Positions 1 to 9,459 of a stretch of DNA of 56,286 nt are shown in pieces. The translations under genes and the position numbers were made by a program. The notes under the pieces were generated by a model, which had not been told where the DNA came from, ran no database searches, and was given only the letters and a program-made list of their open reading frames with translations. Each line of letters begins with the position of its first letter. Position 1 is the first letter of the stretch. The DNA is from a virus (taxonomy: Duplodnaviria > Caudoviricetes): positions 1 to 56,286 of IMG/VR virus record IMGVR_UViG_3300034118_001268; one strand, 5' to 3'.

Positions 1-13
1 AAGGAGCCCAAAA

Positions 14-160
14 GTGAAGAACCAGAAGATGATGAAGAAGCCAATGAAGGATGCCGACGACTACGGCAAAAAAGGCTCGAACGGTGACAAGGGCAAAAAA
101 ATGCCAGCCAACAAATTGATGATGGCTGGCGGTCCGAAATCGAAGAGGAAGGATTGTTAG
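14..160 (+). CDS. small Lys/Met-rich hypothetical protein (48 aa), probably the last late-arm gene
   Basis: AAGGAG at 1-6, GTG at 14, open frame VKNQKMMKKPMKDADD...KRKDC to TAG at 158-160; the stop overlaps the convergent deaminase stop. Not in the ORF track. Confidence 0.55.
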   Translation: MKNQKMMKKPMKDADDYGKKGSNGDKGKKMPANKLMMAGGPKSKRKDC

Positions 161-732
161 GAGCCATCTCCTAACTGTTCCCAATCGCGGCCAGAAGAGA
201 TCCACAATTTTCTGGCCGCGGGATGGGGGTACTCATCCTTGTATATGATCCTCCGACAACTTGTATTGAGAAGCAGTTTGGTGCAGGCAATGCACGGACT
301 TGCGGTCACATACGCAGTGTCGATGCTGTGAACATCCTTACATTGGAGTAGAGCATTTTGCTCGGCGTGGATTGCTTGACACGAGTCAAGGTCCGTGCCA
401 GACTTTGACGTGGCTCCAAGACAGCGGTGCGGGAAATACAAGCCGTCTGGTCCCAGTCTTTGACCATTAGCCACAAGGCAGTCGTGAGACACGTCGTATT
501 GGACAGCCGACCAATCCAAATGTTTCTGGTTCAGGTGGTCCCCAATGTCCACCTTTACCTGTTCATTGCAGTGCGGTTGGCCAGACGCGACGCCGTTATA
601 TCCCGTGGCAATTACGTGGCCTCTAGCGTTTAGTAGGACGCAACCAACCTGCCTTCTAAAACAAGTGGCTCTGCGCGCAGTCGTGATTGCCAGGTCCATG
701 GCCCAACGATCCCGTGTCGGTCTCACTTCCAT
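157..732 (-). CDS. dCMP deaminase (Zn-dependent cytidine deaminase family)
   Basis: RATCFRRQVGCV, TGYNG, HAEQNA and PCIAC motifs; start set at MEVRPT (732). Confidence 0.9.
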   Translation of the reverse strand: MEVRPTRDRWAMDLAITTARRATCFRRQVGCVLLNARGHVIATGYNGVASGQPHCNEQVKVDIGDHLNQKHLDWSAVQYDVSHDCLVANGQRLGPDGLYFPHRCLGATSKSGTDLDSCQAIHAEQNALLQCKDVHSIDTAYVTASPCIACTKLLLNTSCRRIIYKDEYPHPAARKLWISSGRDWEQLGDGS

Positions 733-1607
733 TCTGACTTCTCCCACCACCGAATGTCGTCGCCCTTAGACGACTCTCTGAGAGACTTCAAGAATTGCAA
801 AACGTGGGGCAATCCTTGTCTCTCCATTGGGGAAAAGCATAAATTCCCCGGGACTGGCTTTGTGGGGGACAGTTGACCAAGTTCCCACAAACATTTCTGA
901 GCTGGTTCAAAGTCTTGTTCATACAGATGGCTGCTCGCGGCCGTCAAATACAGAGCGCCCGGAGTCACCAATCTTTCATTGTTAGGCGCTTCGTTTCGAA
1001 TGTGGTTCACGATGTGTTTTGTGTTCAATATGCAACACACGGCAAACGCCAGCATCGAGAAGTTGAACACGTCGTAGGGGAGTCCGAGCCAAACATCAGA
1101 AGATCTCATGAAGACGTGAAGGTTCAACTTGTCACCACGAATTTTGAAATCGAAGGCCACCGTGCACGGAATATCCTTCGACTTTTCGGGGTTTGCCCTC
1201 CACGTGGTCAGTACGGCCTGGCGAGTATCTCTGTCGGTGGACAATTTTTCTACGACGTATCCCAATTGTTCAATGATCCTTGGTCCGTAGGCTCCATAGA
1301 ACCTATGGCCATCATCGCTAAATTGAGCAATGTGTTTGTTCCACGGGGTGATACCCTCGACAGTGTCGTCACCCGACAAAATCCAAAAGGCCTCGGCAGC
1401 CATGAATTTGTAGCTGAGCCTTCTGCTGGGAAAAGTCAACACCGGGTAGTTCATGTTGACTGCGACGGTGTGTTGCGGCAATTCCTTGGTCAATCTCCCT
1501 CTGGGAGATACCTCAAACCCCTCCTCTAGGATTTTCCTGACAACGGTGAACCACTGAAAATCGAGAGTGTTGAACCACTCACTCGACTGCTTCGGCACGT
1601 TATTCAT
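723..1607 (-). CDS. thymidylate synthase homolog, probably a dCMP (hydroxy)methyltransferase type
   Basis: YGAYGPR, DTRQAV, catalytic IPCT, MRSSDVWLGLPYDVF (Asp at the ThyA Asn177 position), SSHLYE; start MNNVPK (1607). Confidence 0.85.
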   Translation of the reverse strand: MNNVPKQSSEWFNTLDFQWFTVVRKILEEGFEVSPRGRLTKELPQHTVAVNMNYPVLTFPSRRLSYKFMAAEAFWILSGDDTVEGITPWNKHIAQFSDDGHRFYGAYGPRIIEQLGYVVEKLSTDRDTRQAVLTTWRANPEKSKDIPCTVAFDFKIRGDKLNLHVFMRSSDVWLGLPYDVFNFSMLAFAVCCILNTKHIVNHIRNEAPNNERLVTPGALYLTAASSHLYEQDFEPAQKCLWELGQLSPTKPVPGNLCFSPMERQGLPHVLQFLKSLRESSKGDDIRWWEKSEWK

Positions 1608-2223
1608 AGCTTGAAGCCCTCTTCGCAAGGTTGAACATTTGAAGACACGTGTCAAGATTGTTGACAAATACGTTCGGAGGACGCAAACTGTCAATTGCTC
1701 TTGGCGACCACGGTTTCATGGTCGTGTAATCATACCCGACCACGATGTTTGATGAGTTGTCCACAATTTGACTGAATTTGGAGAATTTATAGGCGAAGTA
1801 GACTTCCGACATCTGTTCTTCGCTTGAAAGCATTTCCTGACTTCGCCTGGAATTGAAAGTCTCCAGAACTTTTGCAAGAGGCGGGAGGCACATGATCATC
1901 ACAGCGCCACACATATTCCCCAGAATAGTCAAGTCTGCCGCTCGCTTTCCGAGACGATCCTCGCCATTCCGGTATGCATCACCATAGATCTTCTCGCTGT
2001 GCCACGAGCGATCAAGAACAATGTCTTGACAACCGTGCAATGCCGGAAGAATGGACTCGACGTAATGTCTTCCAATTTTGACTTCGCCTTTATAGGCGCC
2101 GTGGTGGATATACTTTGCGCCAGTCAATTCAGCAAATTGCTGGGCAGCAGTTGTCTTCCCACCACCGTCCGGGCCTTCGAAGATGGTCAATTTCGAAGTC
2201 GTGAATTTGTCCTTGTCCATCAT
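1600..2223 (-). CDS. P-loop dNMP kinase (thymidylate kinase-like)
   Basis: IFEGPDGGGKTT Walker A, and VLDRSWHSEKIYG resembling the dTMP kinase DR motif. Confidence 0.8.
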   Translation of the reverse strand: MMDKDKFTTSKLTIFEGPDGGGKTTAAQQFAELTGAKYIHHGAYKGEVKIGRHYVESILPALHGCQDIVLDRSWHSEKIYGDAYRNGEDRLGKRAADLTILGNMCGAVMIMCLPPLAKVLETFNSRRSQEMLSSEEQMSEVYFAYKFSKFSQIVDNSSNIVVGYDYTTMKPWSPRAIDSLRPPNVFVNNLDTCLQMFNLAKRASSYE

Positions 2224-2717
2224 GCGTTGTCCCTGTCGAGGTGGATGAGATCGTCGAGACACCGACTTTCGTTGGAGACGTCACCGTCTGGGAAGAATTC
2301 TTCAACTCTATATCCAGCCTCCGTAAGGATGGCAAGAGTTTGGGGCCCCACCCAACCGGGCGGCTTCGTGACGTCGACCAGATTTCCGCGATGGGTTGTG
2401 CCAGGCACCTTGCGCATATTTGCCTCGTGGACGTCGTTCCACAATTTCGACCAGACCGACGTGAGGCCCAACATGACGGCCGAACCTTTGAGAACGTAGA
2501 CGGCATCGACCAAGGCGTCGGCCATTAGTGCCATGTCTTGAGCTGCCGCTGCCTTGGCAAATTCTTCGGAAGCTTCCTCAAAGTGGAATTTCACCCTTTC
2601 CAACATTTTCCTGCGGGTCAGATGGGTGATGTTTTCCGGAGCCAGCTGTCCAAATTTCAAATGAAATTCTTGGACGGCGTTGATTTCCGGGTCGGCATGG
2701 ACGGTGGGTTTGGTCAC
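2220..2717 (-). CDS. MazG/HisE-like all-alpha NTP pyrophosphohydrolase (candidate dCTPase/dUTPase)
   Basis: EEASEE...DALVDAVYV...VHEANMRKV...KPPGW pattern; GCTGAGGAG leader before the GTG. Confidence 0.8.
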   Translation of the reverse strand: MTKPTVHADPEINAVQEFHLKFGQLAPENITHLTRRKMLERVKFHFEEASEEFAKAAAAQDMALMADALVDAVYVLKGSAVMLGLTSVWSKLWNDVHEANMRKVPGTTHRGNLVDVTKPPGWVGPQTLAILTEAGYRVEEFFPDGDVSNESRCLDDLIHLDRDNA

Positions 2718-2757
2718 GATTATTCTCCTCAGCTAAGATTTTCGGGATTTCAGTTTA

Positions 2758-3693
2758 CTACGGCTTGTCGAATGCTGACATATCCCCCCAATCAACATTC
2801 GACTTCAATTCAGACGACCCTTCTCTCACTGCAATAGTGTCAGGAGGTTCGGCTGCAACGTTCCAAAACCATGCGTTGTTGGAAGCGTGTTCACGTATGA
2901 AGCTCCAAGCCTTTGCGTCATACGATAGGACTGACGGAAAGGGCGGTGCTTCATCTTGCTTGACACTCTGGGTGAATGGCAAAGGATGGCTGTAAATCGA
3001 GGCTCTGCCTTTTTCCCCATCGTGAATGTTTCGAGCTACGGCAACTGCAAAGACCTTGGCTTTGGGCCAAGCCAACTGAAGGCCTCGACTTAGCACGCCG
3101 GTGCTAATCACAGTCCAGAATTCCTTGATCTTCATATAGTCACCAATCTCGCAATCCGCCACCAGTCGAGCCGTCTTTGCGATCCCAGCCACGGCCGCAG
3201 GCACGTCGAGACCGAGAGGAAAGAAGGTGTAGCCGTGATCCTCAGCAAACTTCCGTGCCATCCGTTGCAGATTGGGCATGGCGGCTACGCGCACAAACCT
3301 CAAATCTGCCCAAAGATTGTAGGCGGTCAATTGATGGTGCGAAGGTTTCGCAGCGGCTGGAGAGAAGAGAATGAGTTTGCGTCCGGTGTCTGAACATAAC
3401 TTGGCCAACGACATCGGCGCCCACCCAACTCTTGGGGCGACATAAACAATGGTCTTGGTCTTCTTGTATTCCGGTTGGAACAGGGCGGCTGATCCGGCTC
3501 TAGCCTTGGTTCCGAACCCCATCATGTCATCACGAACAACGTAGATCGTCCGTTTGGAGTCCAACTTGACCCTATCAACCCGCGGGACGGGCAACGGATC
3601 TTCCCAATCCCGAACTAGATCCATAAGACGCGACTCTCCCATCTGATCCAGCTCTTTGTGGACCGAAGACGAGGTGTGGTTCGTGTGCGTCAT
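2758..3693 (-). CDS. PLP-dependent enzyme, fold type II (tryptophan synthase beta/ACC deaminase-like)
   Basis: VVRDD...GTKAR (Schiff-base Lys), STGVLSRG phosphate loop, YDAKAW, WFWNV. Confidence 0.75.
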   Translation of the reverse strand: MTHTNHTSSSVHKELDQMGESRLMDLVRDWEDPLPVPRVDRVKLDSKRTIYVVRDDMMGFGTKARAGSAALFQPEYKKTKTIVYVAPRVGWAPMSLAKLCSDTGRKLILFSPAAAKPSHHQLTAYNLWADLRFVRVAAMPNLQRMARKFAEDHGYTFFPLGLDVPAAVAGIAKTARLVADCEIGDYMKIKEFWTVISTGVLSRGLQLAWPKAKVFAVAVARNIHDGEKGRASIYSHPLPFTQSVKQDEAPPFPSVLSYDAKAWSFIREHASNNAWFWNVAAEPPDTIAVREGSSELKSNVDWGDMSAFDKP

Positions 3694-4832
3694 TGATAGT
3701 TCCCTTCGGGTTGCCGCCCTTTGAAATAGCGGAGGCTTGAGTTGTTGAACAGTCCAGCTTCGCGCACGTGGTCGAAGCCCTTTTTAGGAACGTAGTTTTC
3801 CAACCATCTGATCAGGTCACATCCAGGGCTGGCGTCTTCGACGTCCATGGGAAGGGTCCCGGTCAAATTGCTGAACAATCTGGTTCCACGGTCAAAGAAT
3901 TCTTGGGAATTCATACGGACGGTTGGGCGCAAACAGACTGACAAGGCTTCTTGAGCGTTCTTTCCGTGGTAGCAATCTGAAGTAGCATCCACCAAGTGGG
4001 GCAGATACTCAGCCATGTCCATGACCCACGCAGTCAAAACAAACTTGAACTGCTTGCAGCCACGTTTGCGTTGATAGTCCAAAACTTGATCCACGGTTTC
4101 TTTGATCCCTGCCGGCCCCTTTCCGTATCGACATCTCTGCTCAAACCAAAACCACACGTCGTCCACCAGTTGAGGGGCGATCTTGACCAGATACTCAATT
4201 CCTGCCAGGCGGAAGAACGGATCCTTCAACTTATTGAATGGCGGGATTTGGTTTCCAATGCTTGTGAACATCGTCATGTGTCGGTTGTAACTGATCCACG
4301 AAGACATTGGTGGGATGCCAAGACTGTCGCTGACCATTAGAGGCACAATCGTGTTTCGCCAACCATGATCATGCTCGAAACTGGCGCCTGAACCTGTGAC
4401 TCGGTGGACCAGACAGACATAGAGCCACGCCCGGTCGTCACCCCTAAATCTGGGATAGTCCCAACCTTTGAGACGGTTGTTGACGATTTTGGGAGCTTGG
4501 TCCCCGTATCGCAGCTGTTCGAGAACATTTGAAAAGCCTGCAAAGCGGCGTCTCACAGTGTCATAGATCGGAATGTTGTCCTGAAGATCACAACCAGACT
4601 TGAAATTTTCAGGCACGTATCCGAGGTTCTTTTCCTGAAGACTTTTCGCCCTATGGTAGTAGTGGTAGGCTTCGACAAAGTACGGAGTGGGCTGCAAATC
4701 GTAAGTGGAAGCCAATTGAATTGCGTGAGAAGCTTCACGAAGACGCCTCTGCCACACTCCGGCCTTGGAAGGGATAACCAGGTCCTTCGACCTGGCTTCA
4801 TCTTCTACGTCCTTCAGATGCTGCTTGACCAT
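3690..4832 (-). CDS. divergent aGPT-Pplase/amino acid:DNA transferase-like protein (HhH-glycosylase fold)
   Basis: Motif order IPIYDTVRRRFAGFS ... FVLTAWVMDMAEY ... YHGKNAQEAL ... MDVEDASPGCDLIRW parallels the aGPT-Pplase pattern; gene context fits; matched by eye only. Confidence 0.55.
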   Translation of the reverse strand: MVKQHLKDVEDEARSKDLVIPSKAGVWQRRLREASHAIQLASTYDLQPTPYFVEAYHYYHRAKSLQEKNLGYVPENFKSGCDLQDNIPIYDTVRRRFAGFSNVLEQLRYGDQAPKIVNNRLKGWDYPRFRGDDRAWLYVCLVHRVTGSGASFEHDHGWRNTIVPLMVSDSLGIPPMSSWISYNRHMTMFTSIGNQIPPFNKLKDPFFRLAGIEYLVKIAPQLVDDVWFWFEQRCRYGKGPAGIKETVDQVLDYQRKRGCKQFKFVLTAWVMDMAEYLPHLVDATSDCYHGKNAQEALSVCLRPTVRMNSQEFFDRGTRLFSNLTGTLPMDVEDASPGCDLIRWLENYVPKKGFDHVREAGLFNNSSLRYFKGRQPEGNYQ

Positions 4833-5818
4833 GATCCACCTTTCCAGATGTGTGTATACTGGGACGGACGAATGTGGACCGACTGGGGTTTCTCCATGAC
4901 GTCGAAGTCCAATTCGCCGGTGCCGTTCCAGAAATGACTAGGGTGACGGTAGACCGAGATGCCGTCCGTCGGCCACTTGCCCATCTCGTCCGCCCACCAG
5001 TCCCGAAGGTTGGCTCGGTCAGCCCACGAGCCGAAGAACGGAGTCCCCTTATACCAACCAGTCTTCGGGAGCTTTCGCGACTCGTTCTCAATGGGCAACG
5101 GCTCGGCCACGATGATCCGCTGCTTCCGATATTCTTTGACCAAATCTTTAAGCTGGCTGCGGTACTCCTTCAACAGCTCCCTGCCTGAGTTTTGACCGTG
5201 GCGTAGCACGTGGTGCCTGATGTCAATGTTGCCAAAATAGAACGTGATGCTCTGAATGGTCGGACACCAAGCTTGGTTGACCAAACTGGAAAGGCCGGTG
5301 TTGAGGGCACCATGCAATGTGAGACCGTCATTTCTGAAGATCCTCGACCCCTTCGTGTATAGGGACAGAGCATGACTGTCCCCGACCACGAGGTTCTTAG
5401 GCTTCGTCGTCGGCCACCTCTGTCCCACACTCTTGGCTATAACCCGGTAAAGACCCCGTTGATCAAACTCGGGCGCTAAAAGTCTAGCTCCCAATAGTTC
5501 ATCGTAAGGGGGCATGGTGCGATCCATGCTGAATAAACCGTAGCCAACCAATTCTCCAACTGCCTGGAATTTTCGAACCCTTTCATAGAGTTCCGGTTGT
5601 GGCCCTCCCGGGAAATTCAAAGCGTCTTTGAATTCCATTCCATGATAGACGTAGACAGTATCTCCGGGCTTGACGATGTCTGTCACACGGTCCATGTGGC
5701 TGGTTGTAATCAGCTTTGCGCCAATCTCTTCAGCCCAATACAAGGCCCATCCAGCCCTGTGACTAACCTCTATTCGGTCAGTCACAGGGGTCAGAGGGCT
5801 GAAAAGGTACAGCCCCAT
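4814..5818 (-). CDS. conserved phage protein with a C-terminal SGNH/GDSL-like domain
   Basis: LVVGDSH, DGLTLHG, FGNIDIRHH and MEKPQSVHI blocks in SGNH order. Confidence 0.55.
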   Translation of the reverse strand: MGLYLFSPLTPVTDRIEVSHRAGWALYWAEEIGAKLITTSHMDRVTDIVKPGDTVYVYHGMEFKDALNFPGGPQPELYERVRKFQAVGELVGYGLFSMDRTMPPYDELLGARLLAPEFDQRGLYRVIAKSVGQRWPTTKPKNLVVGDSHALSLYTKGSRIFRNDGLTLHGALNTGLSSLVNQAWCPTIQSITFYFGNIDIRHHVLRHGQNSGRELLKEYRSQLKDLVKEYRKQRIIVAEPLPIENESRKLPKTGWYKGTPFFGSWADRANLRDWWADEMGKWPTDGISVYRHPSHFWNGTGELDFDVMEKPQSVHIRPSQYTHIWKGGSWSSSI

Positions 5819-5821
5819 GTG

Positions 5822-6625
5822 TCAGTTCCTGGCCGAAGCTTCGGCCTTCGAGCCGGGCTTTGCAGGCCTGACGACCTTGGAAGTCTTGGCCAACCCAGGC
5901 TTGTTGGCCTGAGGTGCAGACTTCGCGCCGGCGCCACCAGTGGATTTCGCGCCGATCGGCTCAGGCGGGTTCATGCCCTGCTTCCTCAGGTGGTTCCGGT
6001 TCCAGGCAATGTAGCTGCGCTTGGAGTCATCAAGATCGAACTCCTTCTGCACTTCGGCAAAAATCTGGTCATCGGACATAGTCCCCTTCATGATCAAATC
6101 GCAGATCATGCTGGACACAGACGGGCGCTTCACCTTCGGCTCCTTGGCAGCCTTCGGTTCCTTGGCAGCCTTCGGCTCAGCAACCTTGGCAGCCTTCGGC
6201 TCGGCAACCTTGGCAGCCTTCGGTTCGGCAACCTTGGACTTGACGCCAGTGATAACTTTGCCGGGTGCTTTCGCCACACCCTTCTTCACACTTGCGGTAC
6301 TGGTAGCCATAACGATATTTTCCTTCTCATATGGTTTGAGGATGCGCCCCAAAAAATTCAGGGCCTCGGGCGTTGCGCCGAGCTGTTGGGCGTGCTCACG
6401 GTAGATCTTGGCGATGGCTTCAGGATCATCTTGTGTGCGCGCAAACTTGGTTTCGAATTCCTTTGTCGGCATCGAAACAACCGTCACCCACGGGTAGTCT
6501 TCCTCCCCAATCTGAGTGTCGGTCAAAAAGCTTGTGGTCGAACCTGTGTTCGCCACCACAATGACGGCAGGAAGGCCGTCCGCCACGGTTCCTTTTTTCG
6601 GGGCGTAGATGCGATATTCGATCAT
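5822..6625 (-). CDS. Lys/Ala-rich histone-like protein with a C-terminal HTH-like domain
   Basis: GGGGAG then ATG at 6625; KVAEPKAA repeats; SVSSMICDLI...SDDQIF...AWNRNHLRKQG domain; possible internal start at 6310. Confidence 0.7.
   Translation of the reverse strand: MIEYRIYAPKKGTVADGLPAVIVVANTGSTTSFLTDTQIGEEDYPWVTVVSMPTKEFETKFARTQDDPEAIAKIYREHAQQLGATPEALNFLGRILKPYEKENIVMATSTASVKKGVAKAPGKVITGVKSKVAEPKAAKVAEPKAAKVAEPKAAKEPKAAKEPKVKRPSVSSMICDLIMKGTMSDDQIFAEVQKEFDLDDSKRSYIAWNRNHLRKQGMNPPEPIGAKSTGGAGAKSAPQANKPGLAKTSKVVRPAKPGSKAEASARN
6134..6236 (-). repeat. intragenic tandem repeats (24-bp and 18-bp units) encoding KVAEPKAA/KEPKAA
   Basis: Repeated ggcagccttcgg(c/t)tc units are visible. Confidence 0.85.
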
Positions 6626-6626
6626 C

Positions 6627-6812
6627 TTACGCTGCTCCCCAATTGTCAAGGAGGGCGATCGACGTCTTTGAGACGTCTCTGATTTGGATGGCTTTGATTT
6701 TCTCATTGCGCACTTTCAACGCAAGTTTTTCAAAATCAGCCATGGTCATGGTTCCGGGCACGAGGAAAGATCCAACGTCTCCAGACGTAAAGACAACTCG
6801 GATGTAGATCAT
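6627..6812 (-). CDS. hypothetical protein
   Basis: GCTGAGGAG leader, ATG at 6812, directly downstream of a promoter. Confidence 0.7.
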   Translation of the reverse strand: MIYIRVVFTSGDVGSFLVPGTMTMADFEKLALKVRNEKIKAIQIRDVSKTSIALLDNWGAA

Positions 6813-6847
6813 GATTTTATGCACTCCTCAGCAAAGGTTGGTAGGAA

Positions 6848-6876
6848 ACTATACTAAGAGCTCGAGCTTTTGTAAA
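6848..6876 (-). promoter_or_regulatory. sigma70-type early promoter
   Basis: TTTACA(6876-6871)-17 nt-TATAGT(6853-6848). Confidence 0.75.
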
Positions 6877-6884
6877 CAAAAAAC

Positions 6885-7367
6885 TCAGAGCAGGCCCTTC
6901 TTTTTTAGCTCCTCTCTATACCAATCAACACTCGTTCTCCTGAACGTGGGAAACTCTTTAAGGACCTTCTCAAAGATTTCGTCGTCGGAAATTTCCCTCG
7001 CCAAAATCAACTCTCTGGTCACGCTGGCCATAGACCTCTTCTTCTCCGCCTTTGGCCTAGGTTCCGATGTCGTCTGGCGCTTTTCGCCTTTCGAAGAAGG
7101 TTGTGGCTTTTTACCACTCACAATATCTTGGAGAAACGCTTCAGCCTCCTGTATGGAGGAGAATATGATTGGATCGCCAAAGCCGTCACCTTTCGTAGGG
7201 TGTCTAAAAGTCGCCTTCCAATCAGCGAGGTGGCTGTTATCTAGTTTCACCAAGTCGATCACTGTGAAGGATCCCTTCCTGACTCCACCGATCTCGAGAA
7301 TTTGGTATCGGTCGTGGAGCAGCGGGGATGAGTACCCACCATCTCCAGCTTTTTGGAGGATCAACAT
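6885..7367 (-). CDS. hypothetical protein with a C-terminal HTH-like domain (paralog of 5822-6625)
   Basis: SMASVTRELIL...SDDEIFEKV...VDWYREELKKKG; GGGGAG before the ATG at 7367. Confidence 0.7.
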   Translation of the reverse strand: MLILQKAGDGGYSSPLLHDRYQILEIGGVRKGSFTVIDLVKLDNSHLADWKATFRHPTKGDGFGDPIIFSSIQEAEAFLQDIVSGKKPQPSSKGEKRQTTSEPRPKAEKKRSMASVTRELILAREISDDEIFEKVLKEFPTFRRTSVDWYREELKKKGLL

Positions 7368-7368
7368 T

Positions 7369-7587
7369 TTAATCTCCCCCACGCCCGAGGTCTTCGTAGA
7401 CTGACGACTTTCTCGTCCCCTCTTCGACCTTTTTGAAACTGTTGAAGCTCAGCATATTGGGTCCACGCACGGCGCGGAAGCACCACGGTTCGTGGAGAGT
7501 GACTGTGAACGATCCGGGCTCGTCCTCGTCAATAGCCATGATCCATGGCCGTTGACGGATCAAATAGGTCAAGCGTTTGTTGGCCAT
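7369..7587 (-). CDS. hypothetical protein
   Basis: GAGGAG SD, tight operon packing. Confidence 0.65.
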   Translation of the reverse strand: MANKRLTYLIRQRPWIMAIDEDEPGSFTVTLHEPWCFRAVRGPNMLSFNSFKKVEEGTRKSSVYEDLGRGGD

Positions 7588-7591
7588 GGGG

Positions 7592-7861
7592 TCACACTCC
7601 TCTCTGCAACCAATTGGATACCACGCCGTCCATGTGGTAGGAAAGAGTGTGGGGAGTCCCTTGGGAAACCAGACCAGCTTCGACCAACAGAGACCCAGCG
7701 GTTCTCATAACATTCGTCGCCATCTTAACGCTGACAACCCCTTCAGGATCCTCAATCCGAACAGCCATGAAGCTGCCGACAAAACTGACCTGAATTTTCG
7801 GGCAGAACCCTTTGAAGATCCTGTTGAGATTGCGAGTGATCGGAGTGGTTGCGTTAGCCAT
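7592..7861 (-). CDS. hypothetical protein
   Basis: GCTGAGGA leader, operon packing. Confidence 0.65.
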   Translation of the reverse strand: MANATTPITRNLNRIFKGFCPKIQVSFVGSFMAVRIEDPEGVVSVKMATNVMRTAGSLLVEAGLVSQGTPHTLSYHMDGVVSNWLQRGV

Positions 7862-7926
7862 GATCGTTTTCCTCAGCTTGGGTGTCGATATGGAACCCTA
7901 CCAAAATGCTCAAACGTCGTACACAG

Positions 7927-9459
7927 CTATTTTAGCTTTTTGCCAACTTTTTTGAGCCCCTCGTACAAAGCATTCTGCCCCTTCTCTTTGTGCCTTAGAG
8001 CCCACAAAATCGTCTCATCTATGGTGTCCTTGGCTATCAAATGGTGGTTGAATACTCTCTTCGCCTTTAGTCCTTGACGCCTGATACGTCGGATGAATTG
8101 GTCATAGAGTTCGTAGTCCCAGGTCAACGTGTGCCAACACACGTGGTTTCCCGACTGTTGCAAATTGAGACCATGGGCCACAGACTGGGGGTGCGCAAAC
8201 AGGAGTGGAAGCTCACCGTTATTCCAGGCGGCTTCGAGTTCCTTGAACTTTTTTTCTGACACGCCTGATCCGATATATGGGACGTCCGCTCCGAATTTAG
8301 ACCTGATCCTGTCCATGTCGTGTTGAAAATCGTAGGCCACTAACAGCGGAGCCCCTTGGAGCTCGTCAACCAAATCTTCCAACAATTCAATCTTCTCGTT
8401 GTGGAGATTTAACCATTCCCTCTTTCCCTTTTTTGCAATCTTCCCATCCAACAGTTCGATGATTTCCTGGTCCAGATAAATTCCCCCACTGGCCACTTGT
8501 CTGCACTTCATCGAAGCGACTGCGGAGGTTGACGCCACCACAACCTTCTGTTCAATCTTAGCGATCAGATCGTTGTGAAGGGCGTCGTAAATTTCCTTGA
8601 CCTTTTCTGGAAGGTCAAAACTGCGAACAATGTCCACAACCTCTGGCATATCGACGTAGTCTTCTGCCGCAAGGCGAAGCACTATTGGAGACAGTCTCTC
8701 GTAGATCTCTTCTTCGGCGCCTTCTCGAATGGTCCAACCAAATCCGTCAAACGACGGGTTGAAATAGTTGTTCCTATAGTGTGTGATACGGTGTCCAAGA
8801 CTTCTCCCCATGTCTATCACGTAGCATTGACCAAAAAGATCAAGGAAACCGTTGGCGACAAGGGATCCGGTCAGTCCCCACCGACGGGCAAAAGTGTTGA
8901 GAACGGTTCTCAAAGTTTTGAACCGACCAGAAGACGGATGTTTGAATTTTGTCAATTCGTCGACGACGAGAGTGTCGAAGCCAAAAGATTTGAACCTCTT
9001 CACATTGGTTGTCACAGACACTCTATTCTTGTTGTTGCGAATTTTCACAGCTTCCAGTAGCCAGTCAAGTCCATCTGGATTGATGACGCAAATGTCAGCG
9101 TCGGCAATCAGGTCGGCATTTCGGGTCTTCCCATGGAGGACGACCATCTTCAACCCATAGAAATCTGACCACTTCTCCAACTCTTTCGGCCAGACCAGGT
9201 AGCATGGCTTCAGAGGCGCTATGACCAACATCTTGGACGCCAACTTTTTCTTTTTGAGAACCTTAAACGCCCCTATGGTGACACTAGTCTTCCCCACGCC
9301 TGGGTCTGCTGCCAGAATTCCGCACGCGTGTTCGAGAAGAAACTTCATCCCTCTTTTTTGCCCTAGATGAGGCTTCCAAGGCTGTGACAACTGCGGAAAC
9401 AGCACCTTCGACGGTGTCGTGGACTTCGATGTCGTAACCAAGTTTTTTGAGGATCTCAT
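7927..9459 (-). CDS. SNF2-family (SF2) helicase
   Basis: DPGVGKT, VVDELT, LTGS, HGLNLQ, QFIRRIRRQG motifs; start uncertain. Confidence 0.9.
   Translation of the reverse strand: MRSSKNLVTTSKSTTPSKVLFPQLSQPWKPHLGQKRGMKFLLEHACGILAADPGVGKTSVTIGAFKVLKKKKLASKMLVIAPLKPCYLVWPKELEKWSDFYGLKMVVLHGKTRNADLIADADICVINPDGLDWLLEAVKIRNNKNRVSVTTNVKRFKSFGFDTLVVDELTKFKHPSSGRFKTLRTVLNTFARRWGLTGSLVANGFLDLFGQCYVIDMGRSLGHRITHYRNNYFNPSFDGFGWTIREGAEEEIYERLSPIVLRLAAEDYVDMPEVVDIVRSFDLPEKVKEIYDALHNDLIAKIEQKVVVASTSAVASMKCRQVASGGIYLDQEIIELLDGKIAKKGKREWLNLHNEKIELLEDLVDELQGAPLLVAYDFQHDMDRIRSKFGADVPYIGSGVSEKKFKELEAAWNNGELPLLFAHPQSVAHGLNLQQSGNHVCWHTLTWDYELYDQFIRRIRRQGLKAKRVFNHHLIAKDTIDETILWALRHKEKGQNALYEGLKKVGKKLK

Noticed and set aside
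5597-6682. Long plus-strand ORF (361 aa)
   Set aside because: Antisense shadow of the repeat-rich minus-strand genes; no SD or recognisable motif.
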